From Candidatus Bathyarchaeia archaeon (GTDB taxonomy: Bacteria; Chloroflexota; Limnocylindria; P2-11E), in assembly GCA_035637615.1 (NCBI GenBank), contig DASPWX010000075.1, positions 1 to 49,696 on the forward strand: a DNA stretch of 49,696 bases, read 5' to 3'. The number at the start of each line of letters is the position of its first letter. Position 1 is the stretch's first letter. Below, in pieces: positions 25,840 through 33,967 of this stretch. The translations under genes and the position numbers were made by a program. The notes beneath the pieces are model-generated. The model searched no databases and was not told the DNA's origin. It worked only from the letters and a program-made list of their open reading frames with translations.

Positions 25840-27119
25840 AGCTGTACGACTCCTTCCGCTCGGCGCTCCAGTCGCTGGTCGTGAACAAGCTTCGCTCTGC
25901 GCTCACGATGCTTGGCGTCATCATCGGGGTCGCCGCGGTGATCGCGATGGTGAGCGTTGGGAACGGTGCATCACAGAGCGTGCAGAACACGATCCTCAAC
26001 CTGGGCTCCAATCTCGTCACCGTCACGCCGCAGTTCGGCAACGACAACGGCCTCAGGGGCGCGGGCGCGCAGGCGCAGAACCTCACCGTCGATGACATGC
26101 ACTCGATCCAGGACCAGCTCGGCGCTTCGATCGCCGCGGCGGAAGCGGAACAGCAGGCGGGCCGTTGGCAAATCACGGCCGCGGGGCAGAACACGAATAC
26201 GACCGTGACCGGTGTCACCGAGGACTATCCCATCGTTCGCGACTGGGGCCTCGATAGCGGGGAGTTCTTCTCGACGTCGGATCTGAACGTGAACGCGCAG
26301 GTTGCCGTGCTCGGATCGACGACCGCGACGAACCTCTTCGGCGATATCGATCCGGTTGGTCAGACCATCCAGCTTCGGCAGGCGTTCGGTGGCGGTGGGG
26401 GTCAGGGGGGCGCAGCCCAGCGCGCGCGGATCCTGAACTTCCGTGTTGTCGGCGTGCTCGGTACGAAGGGCAGCACGTTCGGACTGATCCGCGACGACCA
26501 GATCCTCGTCCCGCTCACGACCTCGCAGCACGTGCTCACCGGTCAGCTGAACCGCGTCAATCAGATCGTCATCAAGGCAACGTCGAGCGAGACGATGGAC
26601 CTCACGACGAGCGACGTGAACAACATCCTGCTGCAGCGCCACAACATCGCCGATCCCGCGAGCGCGGATTTCACGGTGACGAACCAGAACGACACGCTTG
26701 CCGCGCTGTCGTCGGTGACCGGCACGTTCACGCTGCTGCTCGGCGCGATCGGTGGGATCTCGCTGCTCGTCGGCGGCATCGGGATCATGAACATCATGCT
26801 GGTCTCGGTGAACGAGCGGACCCGTGAGATCGGGATCCGTAAAGCCGTCGGCGCGCGGCGCGGAGACATCCTCAATCAATTCCTCATCGAGGCGATCGCG
26901 CTCACCGGCCTCGGTGGTGTCATCGGGATCCTGCTCGGGTGGGCGATCACGCTGGTCGTCCATCAGATCCCGCAAGCGGCGACTATTCCGCTCCTCATCA
27001 CGAGCGGAACAGTGATCATCGCGGTCGGCGTTTCTGTCGCGATCGGAGTCGTGTTCGGTCTCTATCCGGCGATGCGCGCGGCGCGGCTCCATCCGATCCA
27101 GGCACTCAGATACGAGTAG
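25836..27119 (+). CDS. ABC transporter permease, MacB/FtsX family
   Basis: 427 aa. The N-terminus is the MacB type ([32 protein letters not shown]). It has a large extracytoplasmic domain and a C-terminal FtsX block ([28 protein letters not shown]). Confidence 0.95.
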   Translation: MKLYDSFRSALQSLVVNKLRSALTMLGVIIGVAAVIAMVSVGNGASQSVQNTILNLGSNLVTVTPQFGNDNGLRGAGAQAQNLTVDDMHSIQDQLGASIAAAEAEQQAGRWQITAAGQNTNTTVTGVTEDYPIVRDWGLDSGEFFSTSDLNVNAQVAVLGSTTATNLFGDIDPVGQTIQLRQAFGGGGGQGGAAQRARILNFRVVGVLGTKGSTFGLIRDDQILVPLTTSQHVLTGQLNRVNQIVIKATSSETMDLTTSDVNNILLQRHNIADPASADFTVTNQNDTLAALSSVTGTFTLLLGAIGGISLLVGGIGIMNIMLVSVNERTREIGIRKAVGARRGDILNQFLIEAIALTGLGGVIGILLGWAITLVVHQIPQAATIPLLITSGTVIIAVGVSVAIGVVFGLYPAMRAARLHPIQALRYE

Positions 27120-27140
27120 CAGCGAACAAAGGGGTTTGAA

Positions 27141-27707
27141 ATGAAGACACCACAGATCGTGATCGGAATCGCCGCGGCGCTGGTCCTCGCGGGCGGCGGG
27201 TTCGCGGCGGGCATGACCTTTGACAAGGCGCAAAGTCCGACGGCGAGCGCGACCGGAGCGACCGGCGCGAGCGGTGCTCGCGGCGCATCGGGCGCCCGCG
27301 GAGGATTCGGTGGCGGTGGGACCGGTGCGCTCACCGGGCAGCAACCTGTCACCGGGCGCATCCTCGCCATCAATGACGGATCGATCACCGTGGCGGCGGT
27401 CGAGCGCGGTCAGGGGGGAGCGAACGCGCAGGCCTCCGCGTCACCGGCGACCACCTCGCAGATCGTTCTCATCGGGACCAGCACGCGGATCGTGAAGACG
27501 ACCGAGGCCGACGTGAAGCTCAGCGACCTCAAGGTGAACGATCAGGTCACCGTGCTCGGGACGACCGATAGCACCGGCATGGTCTCCGCCACCGCGGTCG
27601 TCGTGGGCTCGACGAACATCGTCGGGCAGCTCTTCGGATCGCAGACCGGAAATGCCGGCCTCGGTGGCGGCGGACGACCGAGCCCGAGCCCGGCAAAGGC
27701 ACCCTAG
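27141..27707 (+). CDS. secreted/anchored Gly-rich protein with DUF5666-like beta domain
   Basis: 188 aa. An N-terminal anchor is followed by a G-X-Y-like low-complexity stretch (GATGASGARGASGARGG), then GRILAINDGSITV...LKVNDQVTVLGTTDSTGMVSATAVVVG. The family call is from memory. Confidence 0.6.
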   Translation: MKTPQIVIGIAAALVLAGGGFAAGMTFDKAQSPTASATGATGASGARGASGARGGFGGGGTGALTGQQPVTGRILAINDGSITVAAVERGQGGANAQASASPATTSQIVLIGTSTRIVKTTEADVKLSDLKVNDQVTVLGTTDSTGMVSATAVVVGSTNIVGQLFGSQTGNAGLGGGGRPSPSPAKAP

Positions 27708-27730
27708 CCGCGCTCCACTAGCGTCATCGC

Positions 27731-28618
27731 GTGACGCGCGGATTCCGGTTACCCGACCGTTCGTACCTGCCCGCGATCTTTGACCGTCTCGCGATCGATG
27801 AAATCGATCGGGCCGAGATCCTCGCGGCGTGGCCATCGCCGGAAACGGATGTGGCGACGTGGGGATCTTTGGAGCGCGCGTATCAGGCGCTCGTCACGGA
27901 CATGGGTGGATTCAGACCACTCGAGCTCTCAGGGCCCGCGGTCGACTCCACGCCACTCGGCCGCTACTTCTTTGTCTACGTGTACCTCGCCGCGCTCGCC
28001 GACGCGCGGCGTTTCCACGCGCGGCGCAGGATTCCCGACGACGTCTCCTGGGCGACCCTCTCCGACCTCGGCCGCAATCTCAAGCGCGATCGCTTGCTGC
28101 TCGGCGACGGAGGCCTCCGGACGAGCGGCTGGCTCACGCTTCACTTCCGCGGCTCGATCTACGAGCTCGGCCGGCTGCAGTTCAACCGAATGACGGTGCG
28201 CGCCGCGCATGTCGCGGACGCGTTCCGCGAGGGCGACCATGCCCTCGGCATCCACATACCCGAGAGTGGTCCGCTCACGCCCGAGGCGTCCGACGAGTCG
28301 CTCGGGCAGGCGCGAGGGTTCTTCGCGCGGCACTTTCCCGAGACGCCGACGCGTCTTGGCCTCTGCACCTCGTGGCTGCTCGACCCCCAGCTCGCCGACT
28401 ACCTCGCGCCCGATTCGAACATCGTTCGGTTCGGGCGCCGCTTCACGCTGGTCGGGGATGGCTACGACGGAGACGCCGACATTTTGCGCTTCGTGTTCCA
28501 CCGGATCGCGCCACGCATCGACGACCTTCCGCAGCGCACGACGCTCGAGCGCGCTATCGTCGCGCACCTCCGCGCGGGCAAGCATTGGCGGAGCCGGACC
28601 GGCTGGCTGGAGCTATAG
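27731..28618 (+). CDS. acyltransferase-domain protein (N-acyltransferase N-terminal domain + GNAT-like C-terminal domain family)
   Basis: 295 aa. Blocks such as GWLTLHFRGSIYELGRLQF and HIPESGPLTPE match what I recall of this family. It is the last gene of the co-directional cluster. Confidence 0.55.
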   Translation: MTRGFRLPDRSYLPAIFDRLAIDEIDRAEILAAWPSPETDVATWGSLERAYQALVTDMGGFRPLELSGPAVDSTPLGRYFFVYVYLAALADARRFHARRRIPDDVSWATLSDLGRNLKRDRLLLGDGGLRTSGWLTLHFRGSIYELGRLQFNRMTVRAAHVADAFREGDHALGIHIPESGPLTPEASDESLGQARGFFARHFPETPTRLGLCTSWLLDPQLADYLAPDSNIVRFGRRFTLVGDGYDGDADILRFVFHRIAPRIDDLPQRTTLERAIVAHLRAGKHWRSRTGWLEL

Positions 28619-28625
28619 CGGAAGG

Positions 28626-29600
28626 TCACGCGTCGCGCCTGCGAATCAACGCGATCGTCAGCAGAGCGCAGCCGGCGGCGAGGCCGGAGAAGACCCCGAA
28701 CTCGATCCATTGGAACTTCGCGTAGCGCTCCGCCGGTTGATACACGTACCGCTGCCGCACGCCGAGGTTCGCGAGGTACGTTCCCATGTCGGTGGGCCCG
28801 CCGGCCCTCGCCGACGCCGAAAAGCCCTGCATGAGCTTGTCCTCTTCTCGGAAATCGATCGGCCGGTCCTCTGCGTCAACCGTCGCGGAGCTCAGCACCC
28901 AGGACCTCGGTGGCAGCGTCACCGCTGATGACATCGTGTTTCCGTACGCGACGAGCGGCGGCTCGTAGTTCGGACGAAGCTCGGCCGCGACGACTACCCG
29001 CGCGCCGGCGAAGAGTAGTAGCCCGACGAACATGCCGCGGAGTGCCCGGCGTGAGAACGCACCGATCAATCCGCCGACGGCGATCCCGAACAGCCCGTAA
29101 CCGACGACCGGTGGACCATCGACGTCGAACACGCTGAAGGCGTCCCTGACGCCACCGGAGAGTCCATTTAGAGCGACCGCCGCCCACCCGAACTGTGCCA
29201 GCACGACCCCGCACACGGCCGTGATCGCGAGGAGGACGCCGATTCGCGTCGCGCTCCAGCGGACCCGGCTGATGGCCTGGGTGAGGGCCAGCCGATGCGT
29301 TCCGCGCTCGAACGTCGCCCCGAAGAGCGGTCCGCCGATGTACGAAGCCGCGAGCGCGGGAGCGAGAAGAAGAGCCCAGATCAAATAGGGCGCCAGGCCG
29401 ATGCGGCGCTGCCACTCCACGGTGAGGTCGACGCAGTTCGCGTTTGTGTTGGGGAGCGGAACGCAGGTGTCGACGCCGAGGGCGGCTCTCTGGGCCGCCG
29501 CGTATGTTCCCATGACGGCGAGACCGATCGCGAGGAAGGCCGCGGTTATCGACATCGCGACAAGCTGAGCGCGGTGTTCGCGCAGCGTGAACCAGATCAC
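28626..29600 (-). CDS. ABC-2-type transporter permease
   Basis: From GTG 29600 (GTGA overlap with the ATPase stop): VIWFTLREHRAQLVAMSITAAFLAIGL.... It is 324 aa with about 6 TM and lies downstream of the ABC ATPase. The rest of the track ORF (to 30263) is an Arg-rich artefact. Confidence 0.75.
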   Translation of the reverse strand: MIWFTLREHRAQLVAMSITAAFLAIGLAVMGTYAAAQRAALGVDTCVPLPNTNANCVDLTVEWQRRIGLAPYLIWALLLAPALAASYIGGPLFGATFERGTHRLALTQAISRVRWSATRIGVLLAITAVCGVVLAQFGWAAVALNGLSGGVRDAFSVFDVDGPPVVGYGLFGIAVGGLIGAFSRRALRGMFVGLLLFAGARVVVAAELRPNYEPPLVAYGNTMSSAVTLPPRSWVLSSATVDAEDRPIDFREEDKLMQGFSASARAGGPTDMGTYLANLGVRQRYVYQPAERYAKFQWIEFGVFSGLAAGCALLTIALIRRRDA

Positions 29601-30466
29601 TGGCGTACCTCCTCGCGCTCCGATCGCAGATACCCGACGACGATCTCCTCGAGCGTCGCCGGCCGGACCTCGGTCCCGTCGTCGGATGGAGCGGCGTGAC
29701 CGCGAAGCAAAAGCGTCGTTTGACGCTCCGCGTGACGGACCTCGATGACCTCGCCGTCGGCTCGATCCTTTCCGGAGCGACGAGGTCCGCTGACGAGAAC
29801 GTGCGAGCGCACGAGGTCTTCGGCATCGCCGGAGATGCGGACGCGCCCGCCGACCAGGATCACGATGTGCTCGCAGACGCGCTCGACGTCGGCGAGGACG
29901 TTCGACGAGAGGATCACGCTCGGGCCGTCTTCGGCCACGACGCCCATGAGCTCCTCGAGGAGCTCGAGGCGGGCCACCGGGTCGAGGTTCGCGACGGGCT
30001 CGTCGAGAAGCAGTACCTCGGGCCGCTTGCCGAGCGCGAGCGTGAGCGCCACCTGGGCGCGCTGTCCGGTCGAAAGCGACCGCACCGGACGGTCCAGCGG
30101 CAGGCCGAAGTGCTTGACGCGCGCGAGCGCGTAGGCCTGATCCCACCGCGGATTGAGCCGGCGTCCGATCTCGAGCGTCTCGGCGACCGTGAAGCCCGGA
30201 TGAAGCGGGCGGTCCTGGGCGACGAAGCCGACGCGCGACAGAAGCGCAACGCCATCGCGCCATGGATCGAGTCCAAGGACGCGGATCCGTCCCGCGCTCG
30301 GACGATGGAGACCCACGGCGATCTGCAGAAGCGTCGTCTTACCGGCGCCGTTCGGACCGACGAGACCGGTGACCTTCCCTCCAGCGAGCGAGAGATCGCA
30401 TCCGCGGAGCGCATTGGTCCGCCCGTAGCGTTTCGAGAGGCCGGATGTCTCGAGGACGATGTTCAT
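29597..30466 (-). CDS. ABC transporter ATP-binding protein (ABC-2/DrrA-like)
   Basis: 289 aa with Walker A GPNGAGKTT, signature LSTGQRAQVALTLAL and Walker B LLLDEPVANLD. Confidence 0.95.
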   Translation of the reverse strand: MNIVLETSGLSKRYGRTNALRGCDLSLAGGKVTGLVGPNGAGKTTLLQIAVGLHRPSAGRIRVLGLDPWRDGVALLSRVGFVAQDRPLHPGFTVAETLEIGRRLNPRWDQAYALARVKHFGLPLDRPVRSLSTGQRAQVALTLALGKRPEVLLLDEPVANLDPVARLELLEELMGVVAEDGPSVILSSNVLADVERVCEHIVILVGGRVRISGDAEDLVRSHVLVSGPRRSGKDRADGEVIEVRHAERQTTLLLRGHAAPSDDGTEVRPATLEEIVVGYLRSEREEVRQ

Positions 30467-30912
30467 GCGCGAGCCGCCTCCTTCTCGGGGAATGCGTCGT
30501 TCAATGCGAGGGTGATGAGGGCCACGACGCTCTCGCGGTCAAGACCCGCGGCGTGCGCGCCCGCCAGCCAGCGATCGAGCGAACGGCGCAGTGGCAGATG
30601 AACCGATCGCGCGAGCGGCGCCGGCGCGTCATCCGCGACGAACGTCCCGGCACCGGGGCGGCTGTAGACGAAGCCCTCTCGCTCGAGCTCGCGGTAAGCC
30701 TTCAAGACGGTGTTCGGATTGATCGCGAGATCGAGGACGACCTCGCGCGCGGTCGGAAGGCGATCGCCCGGCCGAAGCATCGCGTAGCGCACCGCGTGCT
30801 TCGTCTGCTGAACGAGCTGCAGGTAGGTGGGCACGCCGGATGTTGGGTCGAGGCGAAAGCGGATCGGTGGCACTTTCACTACGACACTAGTGAAATAGGG
30901 AAATGGCGTCAA
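30463..30912 (-). CDS. GntR-family transcriptional regulator (YtrA subfamily size)
   Basis: Winged HTH: PTYLQLVQQTKHAVRYAMLRPGDRLPTAREVVLDLAINPNTVLKAYRELEREGFVYSRPGAGTFV. The stop overlaps the ABC ATG (ATGA). The start is uncertain: TTG 30912 (track), GTG 30879 or GTG 30873. Confidence 0.85.
   Translation of the reverse strand: MTPFPYFTSVVVKVPPIRFRLDPTSGVPTYLQLVQQTKHAVRYAMLRPGDRLPTAREVVLDLAINPNTVLKAYRELEREGFVYSRPGAGTFVADDAPAPLARSVHLPLRRSLDRWLAGAHAAGLDRESVVALITLALNDAFPEKEAARA
30884..30912 (-). promoter_or_regulatory. candidate sigma-70-like promoter for the GntR/ABC operon
   Basis: The minus strand reads TTGACG (30912-30907), a 17-nt spacer, then TAGTGT (30889-30884). The GTG codons at 30879 and 30873 follow within 5-11 nt, so a leaderless mRNA is possible. 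An 8-bp palindrome CACTAGTG overlaps the -10. Confidence 0.3.
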
Positions 30913-30945
30913 CTGGGGCGTCGCTACTGAGGTGGCGATCTAGTC

Positions 30946-31072
30946 CGGGCAGGCGCGAAGTGCACTGCCCAAGCAGCAGAGCGCAGGGCGCTAGCCCCGA
31001 GCACTACTGCGGGCAGGCGCGAAGTGCACTGCCCAAGCAGCAGAGCGCAGGGGCGATAGCCCCGAGCACTAC
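30946..31072. repeat. tandem direct repeat, two units of 62/63 bp (period 64 bp), abutting the argS stop codon
   Basis: Unit 1 (30946-31007) and unit 2 (31010-31072) are identical except for one substitution and one 1-nt indel. Each unit contains the hairpins GGGCAG...CTGCCC and GGG(G)C-nnnn-GCCC(C). Unit 2 ends on the argS TAG (31069-31071). Confidence 0.95.
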
Positions 31073-32736
31073 ATGCGGTCGGGGGCGTTGACGCCCACGA
31101 GACCGAGCGTCTGACGCAGCGCGACCTGCACTGCTTGGACAAGCCGGAGGCGAGCCTTCGAGCGGGCGACGTCGGCTTCGTCGACGACACGATGGTCGCG
31201 ATAGAAGCCGTGGAACGCGCCGGCCAGCTCGAGCGCGTACGTCGTGAGCTGATGGACCCCGTAGTGCTGGCGGATGTCGTCGACGAGCTCGGGGAACCGC
31301 AGGACGAGTCGGATGAGCTCGAGCTCTCCCTTTGCCGTAAGGAGTGACGTGTCCGCGCCATCCGCATCGATCCCGCGCTCGGCGGCGGTTCGCAGGATGC
31401 TCGCGATGCGCGCGTGCGCGTACTGCACGTAGTAGACGGGGTTTTCGTTCGATTGCTGCACCGCGAGCTCGAGATCGAAGTCGAGCTGCCGGTCGGCGCT
31501 CGACTGCAGGAAGAAGTAACGCGTCGCGTCCTTTCCGACCGCCTCGATGACCTCCTCGAGGAGCAGGAACTGGTTAGTGCGCCGCTGCATCCGCTTGAGC
31601 ACACCTTCGTGGAGGAAGCGCACGTACTGGTAAAGGACGACCTCGAACCGCTCGAGCAGGCCCAGCGCCTGCATCGCGGCACGCATCTGGATCAGGTGGT
31701 AATGCGTGTTCGATCCCCAGATATCGATCTTCTTGTCGAACCGCCGCTCGCGCAGCGACTGGACGTGGTACGCGATGTCCTTACCGAGATACCCCGGCTC
31801 GCCGTTCGAGCGAACGAGGACCCAGCCTTCCTTGTCGTCTACGGCCTCGCTCGCCTCGAGCCAAACGGCGCCGTCCTTTTCGTAGACCTTGCCGAGCGTG
31901 CGCAGCTCGGCGAGCGTCTTGTCGAAATAGCCCGACCGCATCATCTCGGCCTGCGAGAACCAGGTGTCGTAGCGGATGCCGAGCATCGCGGTGACTCGCC
32001 TCGCATCGCGGAGGACCCACTCCACACCGAGAGGCGCGAAGCGCTTGGCCTGCTCCTCCAGGGGGAGGTTCATCCATTTGTCGCCGTCGCGCGCTCGTAT
32101 CTCGGCGGCGATGTCCTTCACGTACTCGGCCGGGTACGCGTCCGCGGGTATCTCGATCTCCTCGCCGTGCAGCTGGCGGTAGCGGATCGCGATGGAGCGG
32201 CCGAACGTGTCGAACTGCGTCCCGGTGTCCTCGACGTAGTACTCGCGCTCGACGGTCGCGCCGGCGAACTCGAGGACCGACGAGAGCACGTCGCCGAGCG
32301 GGCCGCCACGCGCGTTCGCGACCGTGAGCGGCCCGGTTGGATTCGCGGACACGAACTCGACCTGCATGCGCTTGCCGGCGAGGACCGTCGAGCGACCGAA
32401 GCCGGTGCCCGCGCGCACGATCTCGTCCACCTGCGCGGCGAGCCACTTCTCGTCGAGCCGGACGTTCACGAAACCGCTCAGCTCCTCGACGGCCGCGATC
32501 GGTGGCGCGACGCGGACCCGGTCGCGTATGGCCTTCGCGATATCGCGCGGGGGCTTGCGTGCCTGCTTCGCCAGCTTCAGCGCGATGTTCGACGCGTAGT
32601 CGCCGTGCTCCGGGTTTCCCGGGCGCTCGACGACGACCGGCACACCGTCGACGTCAGGCCATCCGAGCTCCGTCGAGGCGCGCGCGAGGCCGTCCTTTAT
32701 GGCGGCGGCAACCTGGTCGCGAAGCGGTGCGGTCAC
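31069..32736 (-). CDS. argS: arginine--tRNA ligase
   Basis: From GTG 32736 (GTGA overlap with the MFS stop) it is 555 aa. It has the class I HIGH-region variant (NPTGPLTVANARGG), the block ERPGNPEHGDYASNIALKLAK, and a C-terminal DALR anticodon-binding block (YVQYAHARIASILR). Confidence 0.95.
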   Translation of the reverse strand: MTAPLRDQVAAAIKDGLARASTELGWPDVDGVPVVVERPGNPEHGDYASNIALKLAKQARKPPRDIAKAIRDRVRVAPPIAAVEELSGFVNVRLDEKWLAAQVDEIVRAGTGFGRSTVLAGKRMQVEFVSANPTGPLTVANARGGPLGDVLSSVLEFAGATVEREYYVEDTGTQFDTFGRSIAIRYRQLHGEEIEIPADAYPAEYVKDIAAEIRARDGDKWMNLPLEEQAKRFAPLGVEWVLRDARRVTAMLGIRYDTWFSQAEMMRSGYFDKTLAELRTLGKVYEKDGAVWLEASEAVDDKEGWVLVRSNGEPGYLGKDIAYHVQSLRERRFDKKIDIWGSNTHYHLIQMRAAMQALGLLERFEVVLYQYVRFLHEGVLKRMQRRTNQFLLLEEVIEAVGKDATRYFFLQSSADRQLDFDLELAVQQSNENPVYYVQYAHARIASILRTAAERGIDADGADTSLLTAKGELELIRLVLRFPELVDDIRQHYGVHQLTTYALELAGAFHGFYRDHRVVDEADVARSKARLRLVQAVQVALRQTLGLVGVNAPDRM

Positions 32737-33959
32737 CCGCGCGAGTCTGGGACAGCGAGCGTGCGCGCGCCAACGTCGCCACTCGGTTCGTGCCTCGCGA
32801 AGAGAACCCATGTCAGTAGAGCGGCGAGGCCATATGCGATCACGAGGGTGACGAGATTGACCGTGAAGCCATCCGGTCCGAGCCGCGCGCGGATCGCGCC
32901 CGAAAGGATCGCGCCGACGGCATTGGCGGCACTCCACGCGAGCGCGAAGAAGGCGTTCGCACCCGCGCGCTCCGCCGGCGTGAACGACGAGAGCTGGAAG
33001 GCGTTCACCGTCCCGCTGGCCCCGAACATCAGGAAATGCCGTATCGCAAGCGCCCCGACGGCGATCGGGAGCGCGCCGGCGAATCCGGCGAGGAGCGCGA
33101 AGGGGAGGGAGAGCGTCTCCACGAGGACTATCGAGGGGATCGCGCCGAGACGCGACGCGACGAATCGCCCGTGAAGGAGCGCGCCGATGCTGCCGGCGAC
33201 CGCGAGCACCCCGAGCAACAACCCGAGCGCTGAGAACGGAACGCCGTAGCGATCCGCGAAGAACAGGTTGACGAACGGGAGAAAGCTTCCGGCGCCGAAT
33301 CCGAAGAGCACCTCGATCGCGAGGAAGCGCCGGACCAGATCGTTGCGCGTCGGAGCCTCGAGGGTGTGCTGAGCGACAGGGACGGCGCGGATCGCGAGGA
33401 TCGGGACGATCGAAAGCGCGGCGATGACCCCGCCGCTGGCCACGAGGGTTCGCAAAACGAGCGCGTCCTCCGGTCGAGCGCCAAGGACCGATGCAACCGG
33501 CGCCGCGAGCGCACCCGCAATCGCGCTCGATAGGAACGCGGCCGTGGTGCCGAGGGCGATCTGCTGACCGAATCGCGTGGCGCGCCGCGAGGCGTCGGTC
33601 GCGTCGGCAAGGAGCGCGGCGCCCGATGAGCTCGCGATGATCCCGCCGAACCCAACGAGCACCGCTGAGAGGAAGACGGCCACGAGCGCATTGAAGACGA
33701 GGATGCCGGTGATGCCGACCCCGGTGAGAGTTCCGCCGAGGAGGATCGCGGCACGACGCGAGCGGCCTCTCGTGAACATCGCCGCAGGGATGGCGCCGGC
33801 AACGACACCGAGCGCTTCGGCACCGGCGAGGAGACCGATCTCGAAAGCATCGAAGCCAAGCGATCGGTAGAGGAAGTTCAAGTAGAACTGGGCGACGCCC
33901 AGGCCGAAGCTGCCGAGGCCCGCCGCAGTCAGGTAGAGGACGGCATCGCGCCGTCCCAG
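32733..33959 (-). CDS. MFS transporter
   Basis: Polytopic, with a motif-A-like loop (MFTRGRSRRAAILLGG) after TM2. The track start (TTG 33881) falls inside what looks like TM1 (AVLYLTAAGLGSFGLGVAQFYLNFLY). I extend to the in-frame CTG at 33959, 6 nt after the htrA stop, but the start is uncertain. Confidence 0.8.
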   Translation of the reverse strand: MGRRDAVLYLTAAGLGSFGLGVAQFYLNFLYRSLGFDAFEIGLLAGAEALGVVAGAIPAAMFTRGRSRRAAILLGGTLTGVGITGILVFNALVAVFLSAVLVGFGGIIASSSGAALLADATDASRRATRFGQQIALGTTAAFLSSAIAGALAAPVASVLGARPEDALVLRTLVASGGVIAALSIVPILAIRAVPVAQHTLEAPTRNDLVRRFLAIEVLFGFGAGSFLPFVNLFFADRYGVPFSALGLLLGVLAVAGSIGALLHGRFVASRLGAIPSIVLVETLSLPFALLAGFAGALPIAVGALAIRHFLMFGASGTVNAFQLSSFTPAERAGANAFFALAWSAANAVGAILSGAIRARLGPDGFTVNLVTLVIAYGLAALLTWVLFARHEPSGDVGARTLAVPDSRG

Positions 33960-33967
33960 GTTTGGTC

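Noticed and set aside
27252-27338. Collagen-like G-X-Y run (GATGASGARGASGARGGFGGGGTG) in the 188-aa secreted protein.
   Set aside because: It has only about 8 triplets and degenerates into poly-Gly. It is most simply a flexible low-complexity linker after the membrane anchor, not a collagen triple-helix domain.
30946-31072. Considered whether the tandem repeats here and at 46321-46404 could be a small CRISPR array.
   Set aside because: There are only two units per locus, and they are directly adjacent (0-2 nt apart) with no unique spacers. Unit lengths (42 and 62-63 nt) and internal structure do not fit CRISPR repeats, and no cas genes are in the window.
31414-33174. Very long ORFs in the track lie on the opposite strand or in other frames of recognised genes. 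Examples: 31414..33174 (586 aa), 7685..9055, 5305..6447, 25971..27344, 28876..29826, 35356..36585, 35814..36854, 40203..41462, 43324..44223, 45035..45919, 47914..48762 and 1983..3062.
   Set aside because: All lie entirely inside genes with clear family signatures on the other strand or frame. Their translations are Arg/Pro/Gly/Asp-rich low-complexity strings typical of shadow ORFs in high-GC DNA, and none shows a recognisable motif.
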